A DNA stretch of 64,000 nucleotides from the human T2T-CHM13v2.0 reference genome, Homo sapiens: assembly GCF_009914755.1 (NCBI RefSeq), contig NC_060925.1; one strand, written 5' to 3'. The position numbers and the translations under genes were made by a program. Within the stretch, counting starts at the first letter, position 1, and each line of letters starts with the position of its first letter. Under the pieces are notes generated by a model. The model was not told the origin of the DNA. It saw nothing but the letters and a program-made list of their open reading frames with translations, and ran no database searches. Below, in pieces: positions 61,601 through 64,000 of this stretch.

Positions 61601-62803
61601 CAGAATTAAGATTATATTTGAAAGAAGTGATTTACAACCACTGTATTGCCATAGCCATCCCACAATGCAACTTTGATTGTTCTAAAATTTGTTTTAACAA
61701 ACTTTTATTTCTTCTGAAATTTGGTCCAAGTTTCTGTTCCCCTTCATTTACCCTAAATATGCCTCAGCTTTCCTTAGATGCCAAAGAAGTATAGAAAAAG
61801 TCATTGAGTAATCATATCTGAAAATTCTTCAAATGAAAATTCTACAAGTGTGATAAATTTTTGGAGTTGATTATTCTTATAATGATGATTCTAAGAAAGT
61901 TGCATCAATAAGTATTTTGATGTTGGTAAAGTGAGAATAAACAACACTATAAAGTTATAATGTACTGGGCAGATGTCTCTCTTATGAAAAACTTTGATAA
62001 TTTTGAAAGGCAGAGACAAGGCAACGGAATTTGGCCTCATTTAGTAATAGTTCATCTTGACATTTGCATCACATTGGAATGGATGAGGAGAGTGAGAGAA
62101 TCCTAAAATATGGTATTAATCTAAAGACCACCTGCTACTAATTTCCAGTCACAGAGACGGATATTATAATTTTAGAATAAAATGGCTTTGACTGTCTCAT
62201 TCAGTGACCCATATTTATATTTGCATAAGAATTTTGAATTGCTTAAGTAGTCCTATTTAACAAAAGTAAACCAATCCAATATTTTCCAAATAAATGCACA
62301 AGGTAAAGCATTACTTCTATTATGTCATAGAATGTATGGTTTAACAGTGGTCCAGTCATAATAACCTCTGATGATGCTTTGTGTTATAACATATAAAAAT
62401 GGATCAGTAAATGCTTCTCTGATAATTAATGGTTCTTTAGAAAGACAAAAAAAAAATTGTCCAGTTTTGGCAGAGATTTGTCAGGCTAGTTGATTAATTT
62501 AAGGAAAATTGCAGTAATTATTTCAGTGGCCTATTTCCTGTGGTATTATGAGTAGATGACCACTTGCAAAACAGTTTTAAATAAAATTCTCAGAATATCC
62601 CAGTTTTAAGTAGTATTTATGAATATAATCATATTCAATGATATATTTTGTATCACAGCACAGAATATATCTCCCAATGAATCATGTACCATAATGTATC
62701 TGATTTAAAATACTACCAGAATATTACAGGCAATTATTTTTGATATACATTAACATACTATTAAAAACAGTTTATCTTGTTTGTGTATCTTAAAATATAC
62801 TTA

Positions 62804-62977
<174 letters not shown>

Positions 62978-63756
62978 CTAGAGAAGAGAAAGTATACATT
63001 GAAATGCCATTTGGATACTTCATTAAAATTTGGAGAAAATTTAAGCTATAGGAAAATGTAAAATTAATTGAACAATGTAAATCCTTATTTTCTAATAAAT
63101 TTGAAAATAGTTACATTTTTCTGTGCCCATTTCTGCAACCTGCAGTAAGAAATAAAAGTGTGCATGGACAAGGAAAATGAATTGCAGGTTTGTAGCTTGA
63201 TGTTGAAAGAGCCAACATTTTGTGTGTGTGCTTGTTCTATTGTAAACTAAAGTTTGCTGCTAGAAGACATCCAGGTATACACTTTTACAAATTAATTTTC
63301 TCTGACTTTCATTTCCAGAAATATAGTAATATCATAATTAGGTAACTTCAGGAACATTCCCAGTACTGAATGCTTAAAGCGATGAAGAAAATAAAACAGT
63401 GAAAAAAAAAACCAAAAAACAAAAAACCCCTAACTGTCTACATGCATATTTGAGCTGGCACGATAATGATTCAAATACTCTAAAGTAAAATACCCAATAA
63501 TACCAACAAAAACAAGAACAAAGCATTACCAAAACTCATCGTTGGGCTAAGGGCATTTTGCTATTTCATGGAGTCTAGAATTTGACAGAATTAGCGTTGT
63601 TAACCCAATATTATTTTCAGATAAATTATCTGCACGGAGAACTGTTTTGATGTTCTGCTATTTTACCTTTATATGTCTTTATGTTCATTTCTTATTTATG
63701 TGGGTTGAGATTAGTTAGTTGTCTGGAACATTTATCACCTCTGGAATATTCTGATC

Positions 63757-64000
63757 TTTTTTTTTTTTTTTGAGACAGGGCCTCACTCCTGCCGCCCAGG
63801 CTGGAGTGCAGTGGTGCAATCATCGCTCACTGAAACCTCAAATTTCCAGTCTCAGGTGATTCTCCCACCTCAGCCTCCCGAGTAGCTGGGACTACAGGTG
63901 GGCACCAGCATGCTCGACTAATGTTTTTGTATTTTTGTAGATACGGGGTCCTGGGCTCAAGCAATCCACCCACCTCAGCCTCCCCAAATGCTGGGATTAC
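63757..64000 (-). mobile_element. Alu (AluJ-like), runs off the window edge
   Basis: polyT-gagacaggg...cccaggctggagtgcagtgg...gggctcaagcaatcc. Confidence 0.93.

Overview
Eukaryotic, primate (human-like) genomic DNA. It is AT-rich and full of Alu, L1, L2, MIR, MaLR and ERV elements. The whole window lies inside the 3' half of KCNT2 (Slick/Slo2.1, Na+-activated K+ channel; chr1q31 in human), transcribed on the minus strand. Seven consecutive GT-AG exons join in frame (62805-62977, 55572-55643, 51980-52114, 41322-41433, 21746-21847, 18336-18419, 16923-17051) and encode the RCK2 / C-terminal gating-ring region ([18 protein letters not shown]...[11 protein letters not shown]). A 21-nt microexon (9530-9550, SRKIASQ) follows; the next exon is off the left edge. 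I see no genuine gene among the supplied ORFs; many derive from repeats. I find no evidence of a wholly new gene system. The most interesting signals are: (i) the frame-preserving 72-nt exon that splits the Na+-sensing loop and is followed by three UGCAUG and one ACUAAC motif; (ii) the microexon; (iii) phase-0 exons bracketed by inverted Alus, which could give a stop-free circRNA; (iv) an old two-LTR ERVL provirus; (v) several short, non-tandem local duplications and template-switch scars. Repeat subfamily names come from recalled consensus sequences, and repeat boundaries are approximate.
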